In this document: in pieces, positions 37,349 to 48,808 of the stretch
Numbering within the stretch: the stretch's first letter is position 1
Layout: every line of letters starts with the position of its first letter
NCBI GenBank assembly: GCA_965112155.1
Contig: OZ218107.1
DNA length: 64,000 nucleotides
From: Podarcis liolepis
Lineage: Eukaryota
Reading direction: 5' to 3' (one strand)
Position numbers and translations under genes: made by a program
The notes under the pieces: model-generated
Database searches by the model: none
Seen by the model: only the letters and a program-made list of their open reading frames with translations
What the model was told of the DNA's origin: nothing

Positions 37349-38105
37349 GGTTTCACTATGTAATGATATGTTATCTCTGTATACTGAAAAATGGTTAGGA
37401 TGGAATGTAAACATTTTTTCTTAGAAATAAATATATTTTTAAAAATATGATAATTGTATAAAAAGAGGTTTTCATGTGCTTGAAAACAGGAATGCTATAG
37501 CCTTAAAAGTTGGCAGATTGTCCTAGAAATAGACTTCTCTAACCCAGCTTGTAGCATTTGTTTATGGCAGCAGCAGCTGCACACCATCAGGGCTGGTGCT
37601 GGTTAAAGGGAAGAGGAACAGAAAAGCCAGACCACAGAGAGACAAAGGAGATGAGAAGAAGACAACGAGCGAAGCAGCATTTGACTTCCAGTTCCTCTGA
37701 GATGAGCCATTACTATGGCCACATTTCAAGGCATTCTGTTCTCAGGAAAGAGAAGAACTTGATATCTGTGCTGGCAAAGCAAACAGAGGGGTAGGTGGCT
37801 GAGAAAAAAATGTGGATGGTTGAAAGAGAGCAAGCACATACACACAAGAGAAGTCACAGAAAAGGCCATGCCTCGTGATCTCCAGCTCTTAATGAAAAGA
37901 AAGGTTCCCACCCCTGCCTTAAAGAATTGTGCCTTTTTATTTTATTTAGTGTCCAATAATGGTACAAAAGTGTACAGCTAATAAGAAAATTGCAAATGAA
38001 AAATATAATTACTTAGAATCTGGGAACAAAACACACTCCCTTTTAAATGTAACACATTGTTCCCCTTTTAATTTAATTTAGTCAAATAGACATAGCAAAC
38101 CATAC

Positions 38106-38207
38106 TCGTAATAGGGCTATTATTGTCATTGCCCGGTATCCACGTGAGCTGAACAGTTCTGTCTTGATGATCTGTCAATTCCAAATCAAAAGGTGGATCA
38201 GGACGAT
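38106..38207 (-). CDS. NRCAM: NRCAM exon, FN3-1 part 1 (102 nt)
   Basis: AG/GT bounded; [34 protein letters not shown]. Confidence 0.96.
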
Positions 38208-40309
38208 CTGCAAGCCAAATAAGCGCAAAGGAAGATAAACACAAATTAGTTGCTATCCAGGAAAACAAAATCTAATCATAACTGCTTTCAACATGTACAA
38301 ATGATTTAGTGGTCACTAGCATGCAACTGCAATGAAAATGAATAACCGATTTTGCTGGGAAACAACGCAAAAAGAAGAAAAAGCAAGAATTGTTACAAGA
38401 ACTCCAGTGCCAGATTGCCTTTTAAGAAATAATGGTAACTGGAAAGTTGAGAAGTAGTATGGTTCACCAGCAGTTTCAGTTTATGATTAATGATGATGAG
38501 TAGAAAACTACTGTATATGAAAGCAAGTCTCTTCATACACAAAAAGGAAAATAAAAAGCATACATATTAACAAAACAAAAAAACTGTTTCAGAATTACAG
38601 TGATCAGAAGCGCTCTGATGCTCTTTTAGGAAGGTTCCAATAATAATAATAGTAATAATAATAACAATAATTTCACCTGGCAAAGCCAATTCAAAGCCAT
38701 TTAAAAGTAGAAGATGGCAGAGTGGGGCTATGCCACTTACCTGACCATCCTTCAACTGAGTTGCTCCTGTATACTGGGACAGAGAGGGGTGTGGTTGACA
38801 TGGTGAAATCCAATGTACCTGCCAGCACGTTTGCACTGCACCAACCTCTTCCTCCCCCTTCCTGTCTTAGTATGCAGCAACAACTCAGCTATTGACCATG
38901 CCCATAGTTTATCATCACCGCTGCTTCTTTCTTTTTTTCATCTGCAGTTATTCACTCTGGATAATATACATTTCGAATGGGCTTAACTGTGATGGTATCA
39001 CAACTTCCCCTCAAAATTGGTATGGGGTGGGTGGGGAAGGAGAGTAGGGATCTTAGAACAGCATTTCTAATTCATCCAAAACCACAATTGTCACCAATCC
39101 TTGGAGGAAGCCATGATGATAATATAATGAATTATGATATGTAGATTATTTGAAATGTGGTTTCAGCGGTCTCTACGTGAATAACTTGCTCTCCAGAGAG
39201 GTTCAGCTGATGCTGATTTGTTCTCCTGACATTTTTATTTTCCTGAACTTTTAAGATGATTTTAGGGGTCTGGGTGCATTTTAAGCTTTAGGTGCTAGAT
39301 TTATATGGTTTGAAGAACTAACGCTGTTTTGATGTACCACTATTTTATATATTTTTAATTATTTGAGGACCAAACTAGAAGATAAAGGCACAGATATGGA
39401 GCTGATATTATTGTTGTTGCTTCTGCTGCTGTTTTTACACAAATTGTCACCATGTAAGGCTCATTTTGAATCACCTTGGATGGTAGGGGAGTACTAACCC
39501 TTTGCTACTTCTGTGGTCCATATGCAATCCCTACCCACCCCCAAATTAAATAGAGAGTTCTCTCCTTTGTGCAAAAACTGATGGCTGAGACAGGAGTGGT
39601 TTGAATTGGGAAAATAGCAGGGGCAAAGGTTTTAAACCCCCTAAAGATCACATACCATTGCCAGTTTTGACCTTGAATTATTAGCCCTCCTGAGGATCCT
39701 TTGGGTGGAAGGGCAAAACATAAATATATTAAACTTAGGTGTTTTTTTAAGTTTGCATATGTGGTGTTTCTGGTGATTTGTGGAAATGGGACTTTGAATC
39801 ATTCCTGCAGCTTTGTTGAAGGATTTTTCTTACTTGTCTTATCTCACATCTGGAAGGGAAATGAAAACAGGCAGAGTCTTTCTCACCCTACATGGCAAGG
39901 ATCCTGCTGGTCGTTGGGTGAGATTTTAAGATCAAGACATTTACTTCCAAACAATATGTGTCCCCTAGCAGGTTATTCCCAGGGGATTTCTGAGAATTAA
40001 AATATGCTCTGCCCCCAGATGCAGCATCACCTCTGTGGGAATGAGGAGCGCCACTATCAAAACTTTGTGGTGGTGAAAATAGGTGAAAATCGCCCCCCTA
40101 AATTTTGAGCTGAAAGGTCTTGGAAGAGAACATTCAGACCACATTTAGACGTAATTGCTGAAACTCTGCCAAGCTCAGGAAAGGTGGACCTGTGAAACTC
40201 ATTGAAGATTCAGCAGCAAAACATCTTTAAAGTTTTGGGAGTAAAGAAAAGATGAGGGCAGAGTCTACCCAAGACTTGTGCTAGCCCTGGCCAAGGGTGA
40301 AAACAAGTA

Positions 40310-40524
40310 CAGTGGTACCTCTGGTTACGTATTTAATTCATTCCGGAGGTCCGTTCTTAACTTGAAACTGTTCTTAACCTGAAGCACCACTTTAGCTAAT
40401 GGGGCTTCCTGCCGCCGTTGCACGATTTCTGTTCTCATCCTGTAGCAAAGTTCTTAACCTGAGGTACTATTTCTGGGTTAGTGGAGTCTGTAACCTGAAG
40501 CGTATATAACCCAAGGTACCACTG
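40310..40524. mobile_element. Tc1/mariner (Tigger/pogo-like) MITE
   Basis: TIR cagtggtacct / aggtaccactg with TA TSD on both sides. Confidence 0.85.
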
Positions 40525-41067
40525 TAGTTAATTCCTGGCACAGCTCCATGTTTAATTTTAATCAGTCTAAGGCCTTGCACTTAGCTGTTGACTTAACTTC
40601 AGACTTGTATCCATTTTGCTGTTCTTCATATAACAGCGCAGGAATAAGCCAAACATATCCAAAAGCCCATAGAAAAGGTCAAAAGGAATATTAAACATTA
40701 TCTGGTGGAGAAACTGTAAATGATTTGTGGGGATGGAGAAGTATTAAGGCAAATTTTAATGATGAAAATATGTGTACTTAAAGAGGTATGTTGAACACAA
40801 TTTTGGATAAAATGTTTACTCGGTTATTAGAAATATTGGTCTTGATCACAGGCTGTATTAAATCATAATAATGAAACAGTTCAAGCATTTAGCTCAAAAG
40901 AATGGTAACACAATACTAAATTATCATCAGATCCAAAGTAAGTTTGTAAAATGTAATGAAACCGGGGGGGGGGGGGGAGAGAGAAAAAAAATCTTAGCTT
41001 GAAATAGGCAGAAAGGTTAGGAACATTTGGTGCATGACACAAACAAGACTTTTTTTTATTAGTTTAC

Positions 41068-41097
41068 CGTAAACAACAGGTGGGGCTGTTGGAGGAG
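41068..41097 (-). CDS. NRCAM: NRCAM 10-aa cassette microexon in the Ig6-FN1 linker (30 nt)
   Basis: ctttttcAG|CTCCTCCAACAGCCCCACCTGTTGTTTACG|GTAAAC; APPTAPPVVY, similar to the recalled human APTPTPAPVY; TACTAAC at 41134-41140. Confidence 0.92.
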
Positions 41098-42202
41098 CTG
41101 AAAAAGGATATTAATATAAAGTATATAGTCAGTGTTAGTAGCCGGAAAAGAAACTGAACTGTACAAGTAAGTTACTATTAAAATGGCTGAATATTATAAC
41201 ACATTGTTACTTCTATATGGATAAGTATTAATTTCTAATCATGCACTGATTAGGGGTCAAGCTGAAAACTGTAGCAAGTAAAACTGACGACATCCATTGT
41301 TCTGAGACATAAGCAACTTCTTGCAAACAGGTGATAAACTAAAACAAAGCCTGGATACCGTAGGGTTATTCATGAATAAGCCAATGACTAACAAAAAGGT
41401 CTTGCTTAACTTATATTGAAACATAAGGTAACTTCTTTACTAGCTCATTGTAACTTTCTTGTTTCCTTCCTAGTTCATTTCACAATCCAGGAAATCACAA
41501 CCATAACAGTAGCACACGTGTGTGTGTGTGTGTGTGTGTGTGTTTGTACACAGTACACCTTCCCTGCTTTGCTTGTAGCTTTGCAGAACAAGACTGCTTA
41601 GCAGGTGGATCTATGTGTATCACCCTACTGCTTGTATCAGTTTTATTTTCCCATGCAACAGGCAAATTAGCCCACATCCAGGTACACAGATAGGAATACG
41701 TGTTTCTGTGCAACTTGCTGATCCTTGTTAGCTATCTAAAATAATATAAGCTGTCAGGAAAGTAAATATACAATGGATTAAGGCAAAATTGGTTTCTACA
41801 GCCTCAACCCCAGTCCCTGAGATGGATTAAGGAAAGTTTTCCCCCCTTTTAACAGGCATAGGCAGACATTGATTTTTTTCTAATTCAACAAGCAGAAAAA
41901 GCTGGGATGTGAATGAGGTTATAGACAAAAGCCTAATATTGCTAGGGCAATCCATAGCAGAATCAGGCACAGAGGATCCATGTATGAAAACAGAGCTTCC
42001 AGAGAAAACCCACACACTGAACATTCAGAGCTGTGTATTTATCTGTGCTGGATCATGTCTCTGTGGCTGATACAGCCAGTTTTAAAAAACCTTTTCGATC
42101 ATGTGGGTACTAAATTTTGGGCCCCTCTTCCCTTCTCAAATATGTGTGCAGTGCTGCCAAAGCATCTGTAAAGTGTGCATGCTTATTACCTGTATAAACA
42201 AT

Positions 42203-42289
42203 AAAGGTAAAGGTAAAGGGACCCCTGACCATTAGGTCCAGTCGTGGCCGACTCTGGGGTTGCGGCGCTCATCTCGCTTTACTGGCCGA
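42203..42289 (-). mobile_element. Sauria SINE / Bov-B-related 3' end
   Basis: (ACCTTT)n tail on the minus strand adjoining the characteristic gggacccctgaccattaggtccagtcg...gcgctcatctc. Confidence 0.8.
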
Positions 42290-42841
42290 AAAAGGCATTA
42301 AAAATAAAGTTAATCTATAAATAAAATAGGTTGGATCCAGGTATGTCTGAGCATAAGGAGACTTACATTAGAAGGCTTTCCTACCCCTTTCCCCCACTGT
42401 GCTCACTTGTGGCATGAAGACCCTCAAGAGCAACTTATTATGGGTTGCAAGGAGCTCCAGTAGAGAGTTATGGAAACTGAGGACGATTGCCTTGTGCATG
42501 CAGAGTTTCTCTCCACATAAACCGAGTCTGTCTGATTTCCACTCATTTCCTCCTCTCACTGAAGCTCCTACATTCCATCCCACACCATACTCAAGGTTCC
42601 ATGACCTTCCGGCGTGGCTTTTCAGGAGTATATGTGGCAACATAAATCTATGCTCATGTTTCTCTGGATAGAGTCTTATAGGACAAGGCTAAAAGTTATC
42701 AAGAATGTAATGTGTGTGCGCACGTACACACACACACAAACACACACACATATATATGAAATCCAACTAAATTTGTGGAGAAATGAAGTAAATTAACTTA
42801 TTGTCTTCATTTTCCAGAACAATCTGCAGTATCCCATAAAC

Positions 42842-43047
42842 TAGGCTTGCCATATTCCCCAAAGTGAAAATCAAAGTTTTTTGCCTTTTTAAATTTTAAA
42901 ATGATTTCTTTTAAATTATTAATCCCCCTTACCATACATCCGGGTATATCCGGACATTTTGCCGATTTGATGAAAATCCGCCTGGACGACGCTTTCCAGC
43001 CTGATTCCCGGATGTGTCCGGGAAAATTCAGACATATGGCAACCCTA
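42842..43047. mobile_element. Non-autonomous DNA transposon (MITE)
   Basis: TIR taggcttgccata / tatggcaacccta; internal ccgga repeats. Confidence 0.7.
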
Positions 43048-43118
43048 CCATTAGCTGAAACTCAATAATAGATAATAGATTTATCATAGACGTAATCATA
43101 AGTTAAAATAAATCTTAC

Positions 43119-43243
43119 CAACAACAGTGAGCACAGCACTTGCAGAAACACTGTCCAGAGTAGTATTAGCTATGCAAGTATATGTTCCACCATCTTTATC
43201 AGTGACATTCATAATGGTCAAGTTGTGTTTACCGATAATAAAC
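43119..43243 (-). CDS. NRCAM: NRCAM exon, Ig6 part 2 (125 nt)
   Basis: AG/GT bounded; FIIGKHNLTIMNVTDKDGGTYTCIANTTLDSVSASAVLTVV. Confidence 0.96.
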
Positions 43244-44011
43244 CTGCAATTACAGTACATTTAGTCACTCCATTGGTGCATAGGACTATAAGATATATTG
43301 CAACAAAATACAGTTAAATCTTAATATCAGTACTGAAAAATACTTTGATATTATCTGATATTGAGAAAGCATCCTTCATGCAGTAAATAAACCACATTTA
43401 GGTCACATATCAACCCACTAAATATTGCCTGCATCTTCAAAAAATATAGTGTAGTAGAAGCAGGAACAAGAGTATAGTACTTCTTAAATATAATTAGTAT
43501 ATAATTACTGTGGTTGAAAAATGTATTACCTAATCCATCTATGCTAACTTTAAAATAATTAGCTAAGATTCAGTAGCTTCTAAAATTTACAGAACAGCCT
43601 CTAATGCATGTCTATTTAGAGCCACATAATGTTAGGCCAAATCAATCTCCTTTCCTTCAGGACAGGAGATCACAGACACTTTGCTCCTTCCGAAACATTT
43701 TGCAACTGCATTGAGCTAAGTCACAATTTGGCTTACATAGTCTGTTGCATTGTCTTAAACTGGATTCATGGTTCGGCTCTCTCCAGAATCTGCATACACC
43801 TAGTGGAGCGAGTGGAAGAGGGCATAGAAGTTCTGATATCTATATACGCAAAGCTGCCTGTTCACAATGGCACCACCTTTTTCAGTGAAGAGGAAAGCTC
43901 CATGAATGCAAAAGGGTAGGTCCAAACAATTCCATGTTCCACAAAGTGAACGGGGAATCTTGGTCGGAACTTGGGAATTTGAATTGGAACTCAAATATGC
44001 AGTTACAATTG

Positions 44012-44830
44012 TGTTAGGAGTCCCATTCTGCAATCTGATTTATATACGTTTTCAAACAGCTGTAATAAATCGGGTCCTTCCTTAAAGAGGGCACGTGCTG
44101 CGGTGGGACCTGGCAACAAAACCCTGTGTTGTGGGTGAGTTTGATTGAATAGCCACAACACCCAATTGGTAGGTCCCTTGATGCTGGGTTTAATCAGGCC
44201 AATGGGACGCAAGCTAAATGGATCAAGGGACCTATATATACCTATGCACGTGACCTAGAGCTTCTTCTTTCAGTGCGTGCATTGGAACACCCGCCCAACT
44301 CTCCCTATATTTAGGGCTGTGTGCTTGACCTTGCTATGCCATCGTGTGTCATCTGTCATTGGGACAGGGGCACGGCAGGGATTTTCCCCAGTTGGCTGAT
44401 TGGCTGGTGCCATTTGGGTTTCGCCTGCCATGTAGCAAATCATCACAACTTGTAAGGTTGCGGACAGGCTCTGGTTCAGTTGATAAGTTGATAGGGATGG
44501 GAGAATGCTCTCACCATCCCTATATGAAGTGTATTCCATTAAAGGAATCCAGGGACTTGATAGTTTGGTCAACCCCTGAGAGGGGGTTGTGCCCGTGCCT
44601 GAGTCCAGGGGGGCATTTGGGTAGCGGAGATAGCCTGTTCCTGGCTTTCCGCTTATCCAGATGTTCACCCTAGGCTGACCTATGCTGGTGCCCTGGGTCA
44701 GCGCTACCTGCAACGGTGCGGGGAGCTAGTTGAACCAGAGCCTATGCAACCACTCACTTGCTGTAATCAATAAAGTTGTGGCTTAAATTCTGCCAAAAAC
44801 CAAACCAAAATTTGAGTCTTGTCTGAATAA
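44012..44830 (+). mobile_element. Solo LTR-like repeat
   Basis: Starts TGTTAGG; TATA-like box at ~44233; AATAAA at 44769; homologous to 30699-31606. Confidence 0.65.
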
Positions 44831-45335
44831 GGACATGAAGATTGCAGATCATATAACTGCCTCTGTATGCATGTAGCAGACTACAAAGCTGTCAAACACC
44901 TGTTTGCATGCATTCCTATGACAGGGAAGGCAGCAACCGCATTTTCTTACATAGTCTACCCCTTTTATCTCTTCTCATTATGTCTTATTTTTCTGTGTCA
45001 GCCAAAGTCAGTCAACTTTCTGTTTTTGCCACCTTCCTTGAGCAACGGGAAAACCACAATACATGACTGGTGGCTTGTAAGTCACACAGGACTGAAATAA
45101 AGCCTATGGGAAACCCCTCCACAAAATGTGTGCACTTTGTGCACTACCTTGCAAATATACTAACCAAGTAATGCTAGAATGACCAAATCCCCTTAAGTCC
45201 TATAGGGCGCATTAAAGTATGTTGTCCCATTAGAAATATCATGTAAGGAAAATTGTACTTCTTCTATGAAATGCATAAATAACTGGGTTTTAATGCCTTG
45301 AAAAGAAATGGTGAAAGAGAAAATGATGTACATAC

Positions 45336-45483
45336 CTTTCGTCATTTGGCAATTCAGCGCCGTCCTTCAACCACGTAACTGTTGGTACTAAGGTTGCATC
45401 ATGTTTAATTGTACATTCAAAGGAAACCTGCCCAGTCCTTTGTACAACTTTGTATTCAGGCTGCTTAATAATCATTGTTGGCT
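45336..45483 (-). CDS. NRCAM: NRCAM exon, Ig6 part 1 (148 nt)
   Basis: AG/GT bounded; PTMIIKQPEYKVVQRTGQVSFECTIKHD...WLKDGAELPNDE. Confidence 0.96.
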
Positions 45484-45575
45484 CTGAAACATAAAATTAC
45501 TATTAAGATATTTAACAGCTGGAAATTCTTTAGGGAATTGTGATTAGAAGAGTGGTATGAGGCATGATTTCTTAC

Positions 45576-45742
45576 CCTTGATTTCTAATTGAACTTCGTT
45601 TTGTACCTTCCCTAGTTTATTTCTTGCAACACAGGTATACGTGCCAGCACTATCCTTCTGGGCTACAGGAATTTCCAAGGTTCCATTTTTATGGAAAACA
45701 TACTGATTTCCTTGGAGAATGCTACCTTTCACTCCTTTAAAC
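45576..45742 (-). CDS. NRCAM: NRCAM exon, Ig5 part 2 (167 nt)
   Basis: AG/GT bounded; FKGVKGSIL...NGTLEIPVAQKDSAGTYTCVARNKLG...EIK. Confidence 0.96.
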
Positions 45743-46020
45743 CTAAGTGTGGAAAACACAATCATGTTATGCATTTATTCAAACATCATTGGGTGAAAAT
45801 GAGTTCCTTTAATTAAATACATCTTTATACCTCAGACCAACACAGCTGTACCAGTAAGTTAATGGCTTGTAAATACTAGGGTTAGAATATACTAATATTC
45901 AACGAGGAGATTCTAAAGGCCAAAGTAGACAATGTGTGATCAATTTGACATAGCCTAGTTTTTACTTTTGGAAAACTGCTCCCACCAATTAGAAACAAGC
46001 CCATGTCTGCAGAGTGAAGT

Positions 46021-46149
46021 TAGATAGCTCAGCTGATAGAGAAAAAGGCTCTTGATCTTAGGGTTGTGGGTTTCAGCCCCACGTTGAGCAAAAGATTCCT
46101 GCATTGCAGGCAGTTGGACTAAATGGCCTTCAGTATTCTTTTCTGTATG
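46021..46149 (+). mobile_element. Short tRNA-head SINE (Squam3-like)
   Basis: Homologous to 21917-22036 (gatagctcag...gagcaaaagattcctg). Confidence 0.7.
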
Positions 46150-46547
46150 CCAGAGTTCCAAAAATAATAATAATCCCATAGGGACTAGCACTTGGGGGGT
46201 GGGGTGGGCAAATGGAGTATTGGGGGTGTGTGACAAGGGTTCCAAACCTTATCCCCATTCTGAAATGGGTATTTAAAAGGAAGAATACATTTTTAAATAC
46301 CCTGTTAAATACAATCATGCTTTTAACAGATCATTTAATTTTGTCCTGACTAGCGAAAGAAAGGATGCATTATATTGGAAAAAAAGCAAATGTACTAATG
46401 TTGCTTCCATAAGTAAGAAAATGATTTGCAAATGAAAATGAGAAAAAACAGTTTTCTATTTTACAAATTTCCAAAATTAATTGCTTAAAAAACTGTTGTG
46501 AATGGAACGGAACATCTTTGAAGCTTTTTACATCATAATTAACTTAC

Positions 46548-46659
46548 CATTCAATTTCAGGCACAGGTGATCCAAAAAAAGCACAGTCTAGAAGGGCAGG
46601 TTTGTTTGCAATGACTTGATAGAGTTCATTATGAGGAGTGAGTATTCTCGGTGGCTCAG
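46548..46659 (-). CDS. NRCAM: NRCAM exon, Ig5 part 1 (112 nt)
   Basis: AG/GT bounded; AEPPRILTPHNELYQVIANKPALLDCAFFGSPVPEIE. Confidence 0.96.
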
Positions 46660-47071
46660 CTAAAAGAAAGGCATTATTGAAACTGTTGTGAATTCCTTTG
46701 GATGCATTTGTTTAGAAAAACAGGAGACAAGCATTTTAAATAAAAATATCACATAAAGAACAATAAAAGCATTTCCCTCAATTTCTTCCCTCTCTTATTA
46801 TGTAGCAGTTTTGAACCAAAGAAGTTGCAAGACTTCAGCTAATAAATCCACATCCTGATTAACATTCTAGACCTGCTATTTATTACACTGTAGAAAGGAA
46901 ATACCTGTGATAAAAATACTGCTGCCTTCCCTAGCGTTTCTAATATTTGATAGCTTTAGCATGCTCAGGAATCAAAAGTTTTGCATCTCTTTGTAGGAAA
47001 TGCATACTTTTTGTGCATTCTGCAAGCTCCATTTTAAACTTTTTTGTAAATCGTATGTTATTTCATACTTA

Positions 47072-47480
47072 CCATATTTTTTGCTCCATAAGACACACTT
47101 TTTTCCTTTTAAAAAGTAAGGGGAGAGGTCTGTGCATCTTATGGAGCGAATGTGTGGTCCCTGGAGCCAAATTGCCGGAGTACGGCACGCTCCTGAGCTG
47201 CTCTTTGTTGGGAGGGGGGGTGGAGCTGCGCTGCTCTGCCAGCAGCCTCCACTTCCCCCTGCAGCCCCAGGAAGGTTTGGGAGCAGCAGGCAGGCTGTGC
47301 GCCGATGCCCCACGCTCCTGAGCTGTTCTTTGGTGGTGGTGGTGGGGAGCCACACTGCTCTGCCGGCAGCCTCCGCTTTCCCACTTACAACATTTGATTC
47401 AGAATATTTTTTTCTTGCTTTCCTCCTCTAAAAACTAGGTGCGTCTTATGGTCGGGTGTGTCTTATAGAGCGAAAAATGG
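47072..47480. mobile_element. pogo/mariner-like MITE
   Basis: TIR (ta)ccatattttttgctccataagac / gtcttatagagcgaaaaatgg; GC-rich internal duplicated block. Confidence 0.72.
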
Positions 47481-47608
47481 TTTCTCTCCTACGACACCTT
47501 TTCTTTTTATTTGTAACTGCTTGTTAGAAAAAATATAAAACCTAAGGTGAACAATTTTGTGTTTGCTTTTCAAACAAAAAAGAGGACCGAGATCAAAAAC
47601 TATGTATA

Positions 47609-47847
47609 CAGTGGTACCTCCAGTTACAAATTTAATTTGTTCCGGAGGTCCGTTCTCAACCCGAAACTGCTCGTAACAGGAGGCACACTTTCACTAATGG
47701 CACCTTCCGCTGCTGCCATGCTGCCGGCATGTGACTTCTCACATCCTGGGGCAAAGGTCTCAACTGGGAGCATCTACCTCCGGGTTAGCGGAGCTCGTAA
47801 CCTACAGCATTTGAAAGGGGGGCGGTACGTAACACGAGGTTCCAGTG
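47609..47847. mobile_element. Tc1/mariner (Tigger/pogo-like) MITE
   Basis: TIR cagtggtacctc / gaggttccagtg with TA TSD. Confidence 0.75.
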
Positions 47848-48134
47848 TACCAAATGTATGTGTGTACTAAATGTGTACTAAATGAATGTGATTTGGAGAG
47901 TTTCTGACACAACCTTATTAATTCATTCTCTCATTAGCTTAATTGAGATGAATAGCATTCTTAGAGCAGACATTTGCAGCTTTTATGAAACATATAATTA
48001 TCTCCAAGTTTTGAAAATTTGTATGACAAAAAAAGTGAAGTACGTATTGTACTGATTCTCCCGTGGATATATTTCTATGCAACCTGCACCTGTTATTCAG
48101 AGGTATACTGTCTCCAACAGCGGTTGGCCATCAT

Positions 48135-48362
48135 GACTAGCAGCCAATGATAACCCAATCCTCCAGTAATTTATCTAATCCTCTTTTAAATCATTTGGTG
48201 TCCCTCACTAGAGATACTGGGATGAAATACTGTAGTTTAACTGTGCACTGTGTGAATAAGTATTTCATTTTGTCCCAAATCTTCCAACATTCAGCTTCAT
48301 TGGTTGAGCCCGAATTCTAGTGTTATGAGAGGGGGTGAAAAATGTTTCCCTATCTACTTTCT
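48135..48362 (-). mobile_element. Old CR1 3' fragment
   Basis: Resembles the reverse complement of a CR1 ORF2 end (ttatctaatcctcttttaaa...ctgtgtgaataagta...ttctagtgttatgagag). Confidence 0.55.
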
Positions 48363-48664
48363 GGTATGAGTCTATCCTTACTGCAGCCACTGAACACACT
48401 GAGACATATCTCTTGAGTAAACATACATAGCATTGTGCTGTAAGACATTCTTATTTGGGCTTGTGTTAGGTATCGAGTTCAATCTAGTAGAAGATGGAAG
48501 TTTTATTTTAACTGATTTTTAATATACTAATTTATGTATGCTTTAATGAATGCTAAAATATTACTTCTGACTAAACACGTATAGGATTGCACAAATGGTA
48601 AATCACACAACTGCACAGCATTATTACTAGGGGACTTCCCCAAAAAAAGAAAATGTGGTCTTAC

Positions 48665-48808
48665 CTAAAACATTCACAAATGCATTTGCCAATAAATATC
48701 CATATTCATTAGAGGCGTTACATTGATAAACAGCACTTGACCTTTCTTGTACATCAGTGAAAATAACTGTATCACCGTCAACATTTCTGCTAGGATCTTC
48801 AGGAGCAA
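48665..48808 (-). CDS. NRCAM: NRCAM exon, Ig4 part 2 (144 nt)
   Basis: AG/GT bounded; [47 protein letters not shown]. Confidence 0.97.
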
